From positions 80,414,001-80,478,000 of the forward strand of contig OZ024741.1 of NCBI GenBank assembly GCA_964016885.1: 64,000 bases of DNA. Reading direction: 5' to 3'. Below the pieces are notes generated by a model. That model worked only from the letters and a program-made list of their open reading frames with translations. It was not told the origin of the DNA and did no database searches. Numbering within the stretch: the stretch's first letter is position 1; every line of letters begins with the position of its first letter. The translations under genes were made by a program, and so were the position numbers. The stretch is from Eledone cirrhosa. Taxonomy: Eukaryota. Of the stretch, positions 26,296 to 40,540 are shown in pieces.

Positions 26296-27299
26296 TTGCA
26301 AATTATCAGAAGTATTAGTGTCACTTGATTAAGAAATTACCTGCCAATATGGAATGGGCCTCCACCAGTTTCGATGATGAGTATTCCAGTTGTTCATGTC
26401 AAGTGTAAATGGCTGGGAATTCCAGACATGTGTACTTTAATACAATTCTCAGTGACTCAGCCTGACAATGTGACAAGGCTATCCCTTTGAATCAGAGGTA
26501 TAGTCCATCTTAGGTTACAATGTAAGTGGCTGAGCATTTAACATACTTCTCAGGGAGATTCAGCATAACAGTGTGGCAGAAATGGACCTTTGAATTGCTA
26601 GTACAGTCCATGTAATGGACTTCCAAATAGTTTCTGTATATCCAATTTCACTTACAAGGCTTGGATCAACCTGAGGTTATATAAAATGACACTTGATTAA
26701 TAATGAATAATAATGAAAATTATTGTGTACAGCGCTCATCAAAGGTGCATGTATAGTACATAGAATAATGTACAAATGTCTGGAAAGTAAACAGTGTATG
26801 AGTCATGATATACACACAGATACATGCATGTGTGTGTATGGAGAGGGAATATCAGAAGATGCCACATTGTGGGATTGAACCTGTGACCTAATGATTGTGA
26901 AGTGAACATCTTAACCATTTGGCCTTGTTGCATCCACATTCCAATATGATAAATGATCTAAATGACATGTCAGGCAAGCTAATATGTGAACCTATATATG
27001 ATTGTTTAACATGTTACCTATACAGGTTTAGCAGGGCATCCCATGAGGTTACATGTTATAGGGAGGGGGTCTCTCTTGAATGTTTCAATGGTAGCAGTCC
27101 CATTGTGTTGTTATTACAGTTCACACCTGCATAGTTTTATCTCACCCTCCCATCAGGTTAAATCTCATAAGAAGTCTCTCATGTTGTTGTTTTTATTGTT
27201 CACACACATAGATTTAGCTGACCCTACCCTGAACTTATATGTCATAGGAGGTCCCCCTTGGGTGTTTTAATGATATTAGCCATATCTTTTTTTTCACAT

Positions 27300-27630
27300 C
27301 TGTCCTGGGTCTATTATCAGATTTAGGACCCTACATTTCCCAACAGACCTGGGATTATTACTTGCTTGTGGTGGATACAATTCACAACTAGCTTGGGTCT
27401 ATTACTAACTTGTGCGTGTGTATGTGTGTGTGTGGGGGTCATTTCACAATTGGATGGGTCTATTACTACTTTATAGGGGCTACAAATTACAACCCACTTG
27501 GGTCTATGACTAACTTGTTGGGGATACAATTTATATCTGGCCTGGGTCTATTACCAACTTGTGGTGGTGGTGGTAGAGGGATGGGGGGGGGGTAACAATT
27601 CACAACTGGCATGGGTCTATTACCAAATTT
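27300..27630. repeat. Degenerate tandem repeat with gggtctatta..acaattcacaac core
   Basis: The core recurs about 7 times at irregular spacing. Confidence 0.6.
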
Positions 27631-27929
27631 GCACATGTTTCTCAGATAGATGACAATTGTCAATGTTTTCAACCAAATCTGTTTATGAAAATAGAAGATA
27701 AAAATAGAGTCAAAGATAACTGATTCCCCTCTCCCTTTGGAAGGTGAAAGTACAAAGATCTTAGCTTTCACCACAATTATTACATAAAATATATATTAAA
27801 TTGTTTAGTTCTTTCAGCTTCTCTCTCTCTCTCTTTTATCTTCCCTGCTTATCTTTCTTTATTATCTCTATTCTACACAAACACACACATGTATTTACTT
27901 ATATACACACATATGTATAGCATTACCAT

Positions 27930-28635
27930 CATCATCATCACCGTTTATTGTCTTATTTTTCATGCTTACATGGGTCAGACAGGTTGTCCATGCTGTGAGG
28001 CAAGTCTAGCCATTTGGCCGTGCCATACCTTGCTCAAATGGAACTGCATTTTGGCTGTTTTGTTTTACAGCAGGATGCCCTTCCTAACGCCAACCATGTT
28101 TATAGTGTAGAACTGGGTGGTCCCATTATGAGGTAGGTCTGGCCACACCATACCCTGCTCATAGCAGGGTCTGTGTTTTGGCTGCTGAATGTCTTTCCTA
28201 AGACCAATCACATTTACAGTGTGGGACTGGGTGATCACACATATGAGGCAAATTTGGCTAGTTGGCCACACCATAACTTGCTTATAGGGGACCATGTCTT
28301 GACTAGGTATTTATGGCTACTAAGTGCCCTTCCTAGTAGCAACCTTGTTTACAATGTGGAACTGCATGTTCCTATTATGAGAATTCTTGCCAGACCTTGC
28401 TCATATGGGATCGTGTTTTTTCTGGGTTTTTAGAACTGCTGGATGCCATTCCTAACACCAACTGTGTTTACAGTGAGGAACTGGTGGTTCCACTTATGAG
28501 AGTTGTCTGGCCAGTTGAGCTCGCCATACCTTGCTCATACTGGACCACATTTTGGGTGCTCGATGTCCTTCCTAAGACCATCCACGTTTACTGTGTGGAA
28601 CAGGGTGGTTCCATTATGAAGAGGGTCTGTCCAAT
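27930..28635 (-). repeat. RTE-3'UTR-derived element with ~120-bp internal tandem expansion
   Basis: (CAT)n tail, then about five diverged units containing gatgccc.ttcctaa.accaacc...tttac.gtg.ggaactgg..ccattatga. Confidence 0.65.
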
Positions 28636-28650
28636 TATATATATATACAT

Positions 28651-28873
28651 GTAGTGGTAAAAAACCAGGAGGTTGTATCCATAGTAAGTAGAAGACTTAG
28701 CAGTGAGTAGAGTCCAGAAGACAAGTTCAGTATGGAGTTAGTTCCACAACAAATTAGCAAACCATACTCGCGGATGCGTTTCACTGCTCACCACAGCCAT
28801 ACACGGGTTGAAAATCCACTTGGTGAAACGTGCATCCTTGAGTATGGTTTGCTAATTTGGAGCTAACTACATA
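28651..28873. mobile_element. Head-to-head inverted PLE terminal fragment (hairpin ~28730-28873) between TA runs
   Basis: Arms aaattagcaaaccatactc.cggatgcgtttcac / gtgaaacgtgcatccttgagtatggtttgctaattt, with a decayed GAAACGCGTC-type HHR 3' half. Confidence 0.55.
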
Positions 28874-29240
28874 TTTATATATACATATATAAACTTTGAT
28901 AATATATATAATATATATATATATATAAACTTTGATAGGTTTCAGCCAGTATTGGCCTAGGCCATGTCTGACCTAATAGCACCATTCGGCTATATATATA
29001 TATATATTTAAAGCAACACCAAATCCTTTTAAAACTTTAGCATCCCTTTAAATACATAATAATGTTCTGTGATGTCAGCTATTCTCCAATCTGTTGGGTC
29101 TTATCATACTTTCTTTACCTTGGATTTATTTGATTTGCATGATTGATAATCATAATAACACATTCAGCTTCCTCACATCTTGTTTTGTCAAAACTAAGAA
29201 CTAAATGGATATCTCTATTTATAGATCTTTATATATATAT

Positions 29241-29880
29241 ATCATCATCGTTTAACGTCCATCTTCCACGCTAGCATGGGTTTGGATGGGAATTTTCCCA
29301 TTTGAGGCAAGATTGGTTGTCTTGCTCGTATAGGACTGTCTGGCGGGTTTTTTACGGCTGGATACCCCTCCTAACACCAACCACATTTACAGTGTAGACT
29401 GGGAGGTTTTTACCATGTTACCTACACGGCCACATTACAGCGTGGACTGTGTGTTTTTTTGTTGTGACACCTACACAACCTCATTTATTTAGGACTGGAT
29501 GTTGTGGTACCTACATAACTTTACATCAAAAGGGGTGGTGTGGATGGGGTGGGGGTAGTGGGACAGGGGTGCATTTTTGTTAAGAGGTGCCTACTGACTG
29601 TAGGTTTCACTTTGTACTTAGGCAAGGCGGGTCTTCTGTATTACTGCGTAGCGCCAAAGATCTCAGTCCAGTGACATTGTCTTGGAGAGGTGTAAATGTG
29701 TGAGGTCGGAATTTATCAAGTCGTCCCAGGTTTTTCTGGGTCTGCCTACTCCGTGGCTACCATCTATTTTTATTGCCCTGCACTTTTTTATACAGCTGTC
29801 GTCTTTCATGCGCATCACGTGGCCATACCAACGTAGTCTTCTCTCGAGTAAACAGCATCTGATCCCTCTTATTCCTAATA
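29241..29880 (-). mobile_element. RTE LINE 3' fragment (2281 family)
   Basis: Colinear with 2281-2940. The tail abuts a TA run. Confidence 0.9.
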
Positions 29881-30092
29881 AGGTAGATTAAATGAGTTGA
29901 TAATACAATCACACAAGGCAAAGAATATTTTAAAGTTCACATGTGACTTTATAGTCCAAAATAAGATTGGTATAAGACAGTGCAGAGTTTAATCTAATTA
30001 GTAAACTTCCAGTCACAGTAGTTTTACAATATCACAGAGCATATATGAAATGAATAAAATAACTAGGGTTTTAAACCCTGGTTATTCTATTC

Positions 30093-30134
<42 letters not shown>

Positions 30135-30239
30135 TAATATCTTATACAAATCACAGAAGGGTAGATAAAGCATCATTTCTGAGGGATATACTCACATTCA
30201 AGCAGCTTAAATATAAGGAGCCTAGTCACTTTACAGTGT

Positions 30240-31185
30240 GAGCTTTGGTGGGAAGGGTGTGTGGGGATTAGGGAGGTGGGTATATGGGCGTGTGTGAGGG
30301 GCAGAGTATTAGGATGAGGTAAGTGTATGGAATGGGGGGGATGAAGATGAAGATGGTGCATACTAGATGCATGCTTCAGCCTGTGCTCATGGGAGGGGGA
30401 TGTAGGTGAAGGTGGGGCATACTAAATGAATGCTTCAGTCTGTGTTCATGGGAAGGTGGATCTTCTGTATTACTGCATAACGCCAGAGAACTCAGCCCTG
30501 AGAGGTCAAGTTTTATCACCTCATTCAAAGTCTTCCTACTCCATAGCTTCCATCAACTTTAACTGCTCTGCACCTTTTTATACAGCTGTCATCCTTCATA
30601 TGCATCACATGCCCATATCAATGTAATCTCCTCTCCTGCACACTGCATCTAATTCCTCTTATGCCTATTTCTCTCAGTTTGTTTATGCTTTGCCACTCAC
30701 TTTTATTACTATTACACATCCATCGAAGCATGCAATCTTCATGAGTCTTCTGCACACAGCACCCAGGCCTCACTACCATGCAACATTGTTGCTCGTATAC
30801 ATGCATCATACAATCTGCCTTTCATTTTGAGGAAAAAGTCTTTTGTAGCTAGCAGTGGTACTAGCCCCCTGAACTTCTTCCATCCCATTCTCACTCTGGT
30901 TACTGCACTTTTGGAACACCCACCTCTGCTGCTAATTTGGCCAACCAGGTAGCAGAAGCTGTCAACCACTTCTACCGAGCCTTCCCAGAATTTTATAGTG
31001 CTTGTTTCCTGCTTACTACTCTGGTGCAACAGCTACATGTAAAACCTATGTTCTTAGCTAGACTACACAAGAGATCCCATTACATCTCTTGTGTATCCAT
31101 AGTTTGCATTTGGGACAGAGGATGAAATTCCACCCACTGAGCAAGGCCACTTCCTCCGAGGGATCAGTTTTCCCTTCTACTTACG
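30240..31185 (-). mobile_element. Decayed RTE LINE 3' fragment
   Basis: [39 protein letters not shown]. 3' UTR resembles 10340-10570. Confidence 0.8.
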
Positions 31186-32739
31186 ATAAAGATCATGAAG
31201 GTATATATATATATAGTGGTTTTATGTGCACACACATGATGAGAGAGAGTGAGATGAAGTACAGCTGTCCCATACATAGGTGATCCATAGTTGCTGACTG
31301 CTTATAGTGTTGGATTACATGGTGGTTGATTGAAATCTCACTACAGCTATTGTATTGTGTGTGTACTTAGGTAAAACATATTGCAGTGAAAAATATCCCT
31401 GGTGTACTGCCAGACTCAAACTGACATACTTTAATCCAGAGGCAAAACACAATAGCTGAAAATAGAAACTGTTTCATTTCCTTGGTTCAATGATTAAAAA
31501 TAAGAATGCCATCCAGCTGTAAACTAGACTTTCTCTAGTTATAATATAAATGTAAACAGGTGGTTGACTTAAGAAGCGTTGGGAAAATTTGAAATGTAGT
31601 CGTCCCAAATGCAAATGATTATAGTAATTGAGCACCATAAATAATAGTTGAAAAATCAGGTAAAATACCCCTAATGATGGAAAAATGTGGACAGAGGTGA
31701 ATGTGAGGAATTAAACCCCACATCTCTTAGATGTGGGGTGAGTGCATTAACCATTATGCTAAAGGGTCCTTGGCCATGGATTTGCTGTCTTTAACCCTTT
31801 TAGCATTTACATTACTCTATATTTACTATTATATTTTTACGGTAAAACACTTTACCTCACATTATTATCACACATAATATCGAATCTATGAGATTTTGAT
31901 ATTATTTATGTTGAGAACACTACCTTAACATCAGTATGAGCAGCTGGTTACAACTGGTTTGAACAGAAAGAGGTGAGATAATTCTGGCCAGATACGGCTG
32001 GTTTAAATGCTAAAAGGTTTAAAAGATTATAAACCTGTAGCTAGAAATTTGACCTGATTTTTCAACTATCATTTATAGTGATCAACTTTTGCATTATAAC
32101 ATAAATGCTTACATTTGTAAAAAAAACACCCAAAAAACTCTACATACAAACATAATTTTGGCATGTGATGTCTGATGGCATAAAAGTAATGCACACACCC
32201 ATGCATGCATACACATACAACATACATACACGCTTCTAAAAGATATATGAGCATTAATCAAGTGTAAATCTGACATTTCTGTTTGACTTTCAAAAATGAA
32301 TCTTACATCTTGTTAGTAATGTGGTAATATAGACAGAGTTGTTAGAGTGTTGGACAAAATGACTAGAGATATTTGCTCTGTTTTTTTACACTCTGAGTTC
32401 TAATTCTACCAATGTCAACTGTGCTATCCTTTCAGTGTTGATAACTTAAAGTTCCAGTTCTGGGTGGCAAATTGGTAGAATTTTTAGAAGTGTCAGCTCA
32501 GTTCACTTGCAGTATTTGTTTCAGTTCTTTGTGTTTTGTATTCAAATTCAATTGTGACAAATTTCAGTGGTTCTTGGGTGCTTTTAGAAGAGATTACAGT
32601 GTTGAAGTATTTGGTTCAGGTCTCCAGTTTGAGTATGTTATCCTATCTCCTTTCTACCAGTCTTGGATACTCTGAAAAGGGTCATGTGCCTGACTAATCA
32701 ATGAAAAGAAAAAAATTAAGACTGTATTCTATGTACTTC

Positions 32740-33150
32740 ATCATAACAATCTAATATCTATTTTCTATGCTTGCATGGGTTAAACAGATTGTGACATTAT
32801 GAGATACATCAGGCCAGGTGACAGTGTTTTGCTAATATGGAACTGCTTTTGGTTTGGTTTCTATGGCTGGATGCCCTTCCTAACACCAACCATATTACAG
32901 TAAGGAGTAGGTGCTTTTTATCGTGGCACCAAAATGACCATCTAACAAGGTGGACTGGCTGCATTTTTCATTGTGGTACTGGCATAACAAGATAAAGGGT
33001 ATAGTGGGTACTTTTTTTGTCATGCCACCATCGCGGCCACTTTACAGGGTGGACTGGATGCTTTTTCGTCATGTCACCAGCACAATCACCTTATAGGATG
33101 TACTGGATGCATTTTGTTGTCACCAGCACAACTGCCTTATCGTATAGACT
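32740..33150 (-). mobile_element. RTE-tail SINE-like element
   Basis: atgcttgcatgggtt...ttctatggctggatgcccttcctaacaccaacc. Confidence 0.6.
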
Positions 33151-33674
33151 GGGTGCTTTTTGTTATCAGAGTTTGTGTGAGACAGTTGACTACATCCTAA
33201 CTGTGATCCTTCTATTCCGAGAAACCAGAGTGGAATGACTTACAGAAAAACTTATCTCATTTAACCTCAAGTTGGCCAGTCTCTCCAGATCACTGGTGCC
33301 AACCCAAGATAAAGAGAAACAGCTCTGTTGTGTCGTTTGGAGGTCAAGTTTTTGGTGGTCGCTTAATAAACCGAATGAAACCCTATTTAAGAGAGCATCA
33401 AATTATTGCTACATACACACACACATATATAGTGATGCGAATGGATGATGATCGATTGATGAAGAAGTGCCAGGAAATGCCAGTGGAAGGAAGTCGCTAA
33501 GAAAGACCTGAGCAGTGGTGGTGAGAGCTGACCTCAAATTGCTGAGGCTCACAGAGATGACGAAGAAACATGGCGAGTGAAGAGATGTTGTGCAAGCATG
33601 GAAGAACGGACATAAAAACGCTAATGATGATGATAAAGTTTCATTTGTATTAGTTTTGAATATTATTCCGAGTC

Positions 33675-33722
<48 letters not shown>

Positions 33723-33931
33723 GATAAAATGCTCTATCTTTAAGATAGTGTGTTACTGCTTACTCACATACACACACACATATGTATATATATAAATATA
33801 TAAACAATGTGTTATTTGGTTTGTTGATTATTCAACAAAGTTAATTTACAACAAATTAGAAGCACTCAACAATATTTATCAGGAGTATCATTAATATCAA
33901 TAAATGGAAAATATCTTTATAAAACCATATT

Positions 33932-33992
33932 TATTTTATTATACGTATTTCAAGGGTACTAATATTTTAGTACGCTTTCGGCAGATAAAATA
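33932..33992 (-). ncRNA. Type I hammerhead-like ribozyme, core variant CUGCCGA (mirror copy)
   Basis: Reverse complement of 34126-34186. Confidence 0.7.
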
Positions 33993-34125
33993 CAATAATT
34001 GGTGTAAAGATAGTGACATATCTTCATATGAACTTTGTTATAATTTCAGTGAAGATAGTATCTTCACTGAAATTATAACATAAAGTTCACATGAAGATAT
34101 GTCACTATCTTTACACCAATTATTG

Positions 34126-34186
34126 TATTTTATCTGCCGAAAGCGTACTAAAATATTAGTACCCTTGAAATACGTATAATAAAATA
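34126..34186 (+). ncRNA. Type I hammerhead-like ribozyme, core variant CUGCCGA
   Basis: tattttat-CTGCCGA-aag c gtactaa aata ttagtac c ctt-GAAA-tacgta-TA-ataaaata: perfect 8-bp stem I, long stem II and palindromic stem III. Confidence 0.7.
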
Positions 34187-34537
34187 AATATGGTTTTATA
34201 AAGATATTTTCCATTTATTAATATTATTGATATATATATATATATATGTGTGTGCATGTGTGTTGCCTATATAAACACGCATGCACTGTCAGTTAAACAT
34301 TGTTAAATACTGTCTATTTTAAAAGAAACACGCATTGTGTATACTACAGGCTGCATGTATGATCTTGTATTTGAAATTTACCGATTCCCAGTTCAGTCTC
34401 GATCGAGAACTACATATGATTTGCATCCCATTTACGATCAAGTATTGAAGTCGAGAAAGCAATTAAGTAATACTTTTCGCAATTTGCTAACTACATTAAA
34501 AAAATATTTCAACAAGAAATAATACATTATTTCTCTA

Positions 34538-34725
34538 CGGATTGGCAGTATCGGTAGAGGGTCGGACGTCATGCTTTGACGCGTAGAGTTACGGCCCTTG
34601 CTATTCTGAGTTCAAATCCCGCCGAGGTTAACTTTGCTTTTCATCCTTACGGGGTCGATAAAATAAAGTACCAATAATACATTGGGTGATTTCTGGCCTT
34701 GTGCCAAATGTAGAAACAATTATTT
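34538..34725 (+). mobile_element. SINE (7075 family), CpG-intact copy
   Basis: ggattggcagtatcggtagag...gagttcaaatcccgccgagg...gcttttcatccttacggggtcgataaaataaagtacc. Confidence 0.85.
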
Positions 34726-36888
34726 CTCTACCGCAATTGTCTCTTTAATAAATTACCGTATAACTGAAGTATTGCACCGTAGAGTATATTTCCTTTCTAC
34801 GTAGAAAACATATCTTAATGGTTACCGACAAACGTATTGGTTGGCTAAAACCTCAGTAAATGTTTGTTTATATATTATTAAAACCTCAAATAAGTTAATT
34901 AAGTTCACATTTTAGCTGGTTGCCAGGGCCCAAATGGGAGAAAGATTTGAAATGCAACAGGAGTAGTTAGTTTTCGAGCTATCATTACATGCTCCTGACA
35001 TACTAAATACATACATCATCATCCTTTTAGTGAAAGTAGCGGAAGTCAAGCGCTAGCGATATAAGTACTTATTGACAGACCCGCATATCATAAGAATCAT
35101 TCATTCAGATTTGCCCTGGAAACCTAAAAAGTAGACAATGATAATGATTTTAAAAAGTGTTTTGTAAATTAACAATTGTTCGGTCATCTTTTATTTTTAC
35201 CTACAAAAATCTAAATCAAAAGGCGCACGGAATACCTTAGGCAACGGAATGAATGAAAAGATGTTTTTCATGTAAAAATACGGTTTTCGTAGCTAAATTA
35301 ACAGTTAACCATTGCATAAAATCCTTCAGTGCAAGGTTAAATATTTATTTTTATATAGAAATTAATAAATGTTTTGAAATCTTTAAATTTTATCTATAAA
35401 AGCTGAAAAATTAATAATTAGGGAACATTTTTACGCGGCCAAACACATGAAAAATAACTTGTTTGTATTTTGAGACGCTTGTAGTATCAGTGAAACCTTG
35501 AAGTAAACAGCCACTATTAATAATACGATGTATTTTCATAACTGAATTATTGTGAAGAAATATTTTTGGGTGGAATAATGCAGTCATTTTCTATACAACA
35601 ATCGCCTTAAGATTTAAGGGCTAATAGACACAGACTGGGTAAGGACCTTGTGTAATATCAGTGAACAAACACCAGTAGCACGTCGTTGTATTTAGCTATG
35701 TCCCTTAACACTGATTTCAAATCCAGTCGAAGATCGATTTTGTCTTCTCTTTTTTAGATTTTGAATTGAAATCGTTCCGGGCGTGATAAAATAAATACCA
35801 ATTAAGTAATTGGTTCAGAATTGATTTAGTCAACAATATAACTGTTGCTTTTCCCTGCTCCCTGGCAAATTTCTGGTTATGTAAATTCCGAAATCCCGCC
35901 GAGCTCAACATTGCCTTTCATCCTTCCGGAGTCGATAAAATGATGTATAAGCCAGTGGCGGATGAAAGGAAGGGGAGGCTGAAACTCGGACCCCTAATAA
36001 TTTTGTTTGGCTATCATAAATAATATGCAATACCAGGAATTTATTCAAGCCTGTAGCGTCTGGAGAAGCTGGGCAGTTGACAATGAATTTCTTGTTGTCG
36101 TTAGCGACTCGCTTTACCGACGTATTAGGCATTGCCCGCGATGGTGCTTGGTTATTCCAGTGATTTAGCCTCGCCATCACTTACGACAATGCTGCATGTA
36201 TGTTGGCTTGCCTCGAATATTATTTGAAGGAAACCCCAGCATCACTTGTGGTGTGTGATTGAGTGTACGAGTAATCTATTCCATCACTTTTTTCTTTATT
36301 ATACCCCCAGTTTCTTCTTTTATCTATATTGTCATATTCATTATAATTGTAGCAACCAAATACTCTCAAAACATACGCAAGCTTCATCCACCCCTGGTAC
36401 CCGTCAAATGCTGGGTCGATATATAATCGACATTTCTTTTCCTCTAAATTGCTGGTCTTGTAGAAACAATTATTACTAATAACGCCCCATAACCAACAGA
36501 CTTTTAGCCGGTAGAGCATCCTCAACTAGAGTGAGTCGGTCAGCTGAGAGCACGTGAGGTAGGGAGGGGTGGGCGAGTACTGTTAGCATAGAGGTGGTAG
36601 TATTAGTAATACTGATAGTGGTGGTAGTAGTAGTCGTACTGATAGTGGTGTCGGCGCTGTCTGAAGAGAGTCTGCTTCTTACTTCCACTGCTGTAGTGGC
36701 GGTGTATGGTGTAAGAATCCTGCTGCAACACACACAGTTCTCTGTTCTTTATTCCTACATCACGCAATAAACAAACAAATAAATACATACATACATACAT
36801 ACACAAATACATATACATTTATATACACAGTTACCTATGTGGAGAGAAAAGCTAATCTAACGAGGTGAACATTCACTGCGACAGGAGG

Positions 36889-36907
36889 ATGAGAATGGGA
36901 GAAGAAG
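36889..36907 (+). CDS. Candidate first coding micro-exon (MRMGEE) of an unidentified host gene
   Basis: ATG AGA ATG GGA GAA GAA G followed by a consensus donor AAG|GTAAGT. Lies downstream of a GC/CpG-richer non-repetitive stretch (36.0-36.9 kb). No downstream exon identified. Confidence 0.3.
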
Positions 36908-37255
36908 GTAAGTCGCAAAGAAACATGTTGCTGTTATTATGTATTATTATTCTGGCTTCTTATTTCGTGCACTTATCTTCGTTTGTTGCATTTCGATATA
37001 TTTATACACTCGTACTCACATGTTTTGTCTGATTAAAGAAAAAAGGTTCTTTAAATGCACTTGTGTATTAGTACTTTTATTTTTACTTTTACCCCGATTT
37101 TAATATAAATATATATATATATGTGTGTGTGTTTGGGTATAACTGAAAGAAAAGAGCAATAAACACAATGTGGAAGTTAATATATATATTAACAGCTTGA
37201 CTTATTTTTGCATAACCAAATAGTTCGGTGCTCGTAAATATAGTCATCTTTATCG

Positions 37256-37299
<44 letters not shown>

Positions 37300-37309
37300 A
37301 TAATCATTA

Positions 37310-37430
37310 TTTAAGTCGGTCATTTTTCTCTCTCCTGGGTTCTCTGCTCCCTCCTGCAAGATGAACCACCGCCACCCTCTTCTATCGGATGCTCTGTTTT
37401 CCGTTGTTGCGAGCGGTAGCCCTGTGTCAA
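37310..37430 (-). mobile_element. Short RTE-like LINE 3' end
   Basis: DTGL...RASDRRGWR resembles the terminal DRxxWR motif of RTE ORFs. Flanked by TA repeats. Confidence 0.45.
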
Positions 37431-38269
37431 TAATATATAATCGATAGATACATTCACGCATACAAATGTTTATATATATAAGAAGTAAGTTAGTAAGTTA
37501 AATTGTTGTTTAGCTCCAGGTTAATGTTGATAGAGCAGACATACATATCTTTCTTTGGACAAAGGCGTTCCATCATGAACAACTCATCTTATATTGGACA
37601 TATAGAACCTAGGACTACATTATTCAATATGTTCTAGCTTCGCGTTTTTAGTTTAATTAAACAAAGACACTGAGTTGCTTAATTTGAGGGGAATATGACT
37701 ATCATATTTAGCTTGCTTATGGAGAGGTCTGGTAGAAGAGGCTCTCCTCTCGTAGGTTCAGAGTTAATTCAGAAATTTTCTTTGAGGCTCACATCAGCGG
37801 CGATATCGATAAACACGCTGATACTATTATCAATCGATCTATCTCTCGGCCTTGTTGCTTCCTTCCTCGCCACAACATGTTTATATATACAATTATACAT
37901 AGATACACACACATACATGTATATTATATATATATATATATATATAATTTATCTTGAGGGTGGAAAAAGATTCCACCCTCATCTCGACTCCAGTGCTCTT
38001 GATGCAATGTTGTTATTGAAATTATTTCAAACTTTGAACACTTAGTTTAACCATTTTGAACTTGTTTATTATATAAATAAACATAACCATACATTCTCTA
38101 TTATTATCTTTCCAATTGATTTTTATGACATTGTTGTTATAATACCTTCGTAATTTCTGATGCGATGCAGCATCGCTTGTTTAGCTTCATCACATCGTAT
38201 ATATACATATTTATATTTATATATATATATATATGTATATTTATATTTATATATATATATATATATGTA

Positions 38270-38306
<37 letters not shown>

Positions 38307-38863
38307 TCATGTTTATACGTAAAAAAGATTTCTTTACGGGAAATAATTCACACATACACATATCTTTTTTTGCTTCTTTAGTTTGGCAAAAAATAACCAA
38401 AAAATTAAGCAAGTTGTTGATGAATTGTGTTTATGTATAATTTAAGAACACTGCAATTCAGTACGAAGATAAAAGTATGATTTGGAATAAATCCACAGAA
38501 ATATATATCGTAGACATTCACATTCAATAAAATCGAGAACAAATTTATATCTTGAAAATAACGGTTTTTATTTTTTATTTACAAGAACAATTCGAACACA
38601 AAATTACAATGGAATCATTGTACTAAACAAATTGTTGTTTTCACTTTAAATACTGGGTAAACAATAAATTAATAAACCCTCAAATTTCATTTATTATTGA
38701 AATATGTTCATGTATGTATGTCTATGTATCTGTCTCTCTATATATGTGTGTGTGTGTGTGTGTGTATGTATATGTATGTACGCATGGATATGTATACAAG
38801 AGGTATGTATGCTTGTATATATGTATATATAAATGTGTACATTCTCACACACACATATGTGTG

Positions 38864-38980
<117 letters not shown>

Positions 38981-40199
38981 TGTGCATATATATATATATA
39001 TATATGTGTATATATGTATGTAGAATATTCAACAGTTTTCCTTTTGTATAAACGCCCGGGCGTTCGTTACGAAATGGGTGCTTTTATGTCGGAGGAGTGA
39101 GTCTGAACCATTTTAATGTCTGTTGTTGCCGTCAGTTGTCCCTAATATAATACCTTGATGCCCCCTCCCCCATCGAGAGAGACCTGTAAATAAAATCAAA
39201 GTAACAAACAACTACATTAAAATATCATGTCCCTTCTAATTATTTGTTTTCTTCGGTCAACAAGTAGTGACCTTGTTCTTCGAGTTGTATGAAAGATGTT
39301 TAGGTATGTTGGCATATTGAGGATTTTTATTTTGGTAAAGGAAAAAAAAAACAGAACAATGATTATTGTTTTCTTGGTTTGTTGTTGTTTTATCTTTGAC
39401 GATGAAATTCAATGGAAAATATAAAATATGTGTTTACTGATCCCACAATTAATTATCATCCGTTTTTATAGTTTGCCAGGTGGATTTAATATCGGTCTTC
39501 TGGGTTGGTTTTGCTATCGCAACATTACCCCCGAATGCCATTCTTTGACCGCATTATTACTAAGGCACATACTCTCCAAGATATTCATTGAATTCACATA
39601 GACATTTCGTAATAGAAATAAAAATATTTATATTCATCGACTATTTATACTGAAACAAAAAATGACCTCAACCTGCATCATTATTTCTAGAAATAATCTA
39701 TCAAAATAATAGCTTTCTAAAAAATTCTATGAAATATATATGTATTCTTTTCCCTGTTACACATCTATATTTCAATTTTTAAAAAAAGTCATTATTAATG
39801 GAATTGGATCCAATCAGTTTATTCCTAGTATACCATTTCTAAACACTATAATTGCCAGTCGAGATATTCTTCTATTCTTGTATATAAGTCAGCAGCACTA
39901 CTGCAGCCATTTGTTGATATGTGTGAAGCTATTCACTTAAGCTCCATCCGATTGTTTCAAATTATTTTTATCTCATGCCAATAATATCTCTTATTTATAT
40001 CACTATTACCACTGCTTGTTAAATTTTTAATTTTTTTTTTATTACTATGTGAAAGGCGGAAATATTTATCGCTTCTATTATTATCGACCCCTCCTCTCAC
40101 ATTTGTGAGTTTGTGCCTTCTTTGTGTTGGGAATTTTTATTATTGGTGGGTGGGTGGGGGTCAATATGATCGTCTTATTCCTTCCACCAAAGTGGGTGG

Positions 40200-40540
40200 G
40201 GCTTTGAGTCGAAGTTAGAATTTTTTATTGCCTTCCATCCTTTCGTGGTCGATAAATAAAGTACCAGTGTCGATTAAATCGACTTACCCCCTATTCCTCC
40301 AAATTGCTGATTTTGTGCCTGAATTAGAAGCCAATGTTATTATTGGGTAGGGAGTTGGACAAAATACCTTGTGGTATTTAGTTACGGCTTTCTACGTTTT
40401 GTGTACAAATCCCGCCGTGATCAACTTTGCCTTTCAACCTTTTTTCCGGAGTGGACAAAGTACCAGTAAAGCACTGGAGTCGGTATAATCGACTTTTCTC
40501 TCTCCTAAAATTGCCGGCCTTGTCTAAATTAAGAATCATT
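40200..40540 (+). mobile_element. Tandem decayed SINE copies (7075 family)
   Basis: gccttccatcctttcgtggtcgataaataaagtaccag and caaatcccgccg..caactttgcctttc. Confidence 0.7.

Larger units (their letters stand above)
33890..34230. mobile_element. Near-perfect ~340-bp palindrome (centre 34058): head-to-head PLE pLTR-like fragment with mirrored hammerheads
   Basis: Arms are almost exact reverse complements. The right end runs into (TA)n. Confidence 0.85.
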
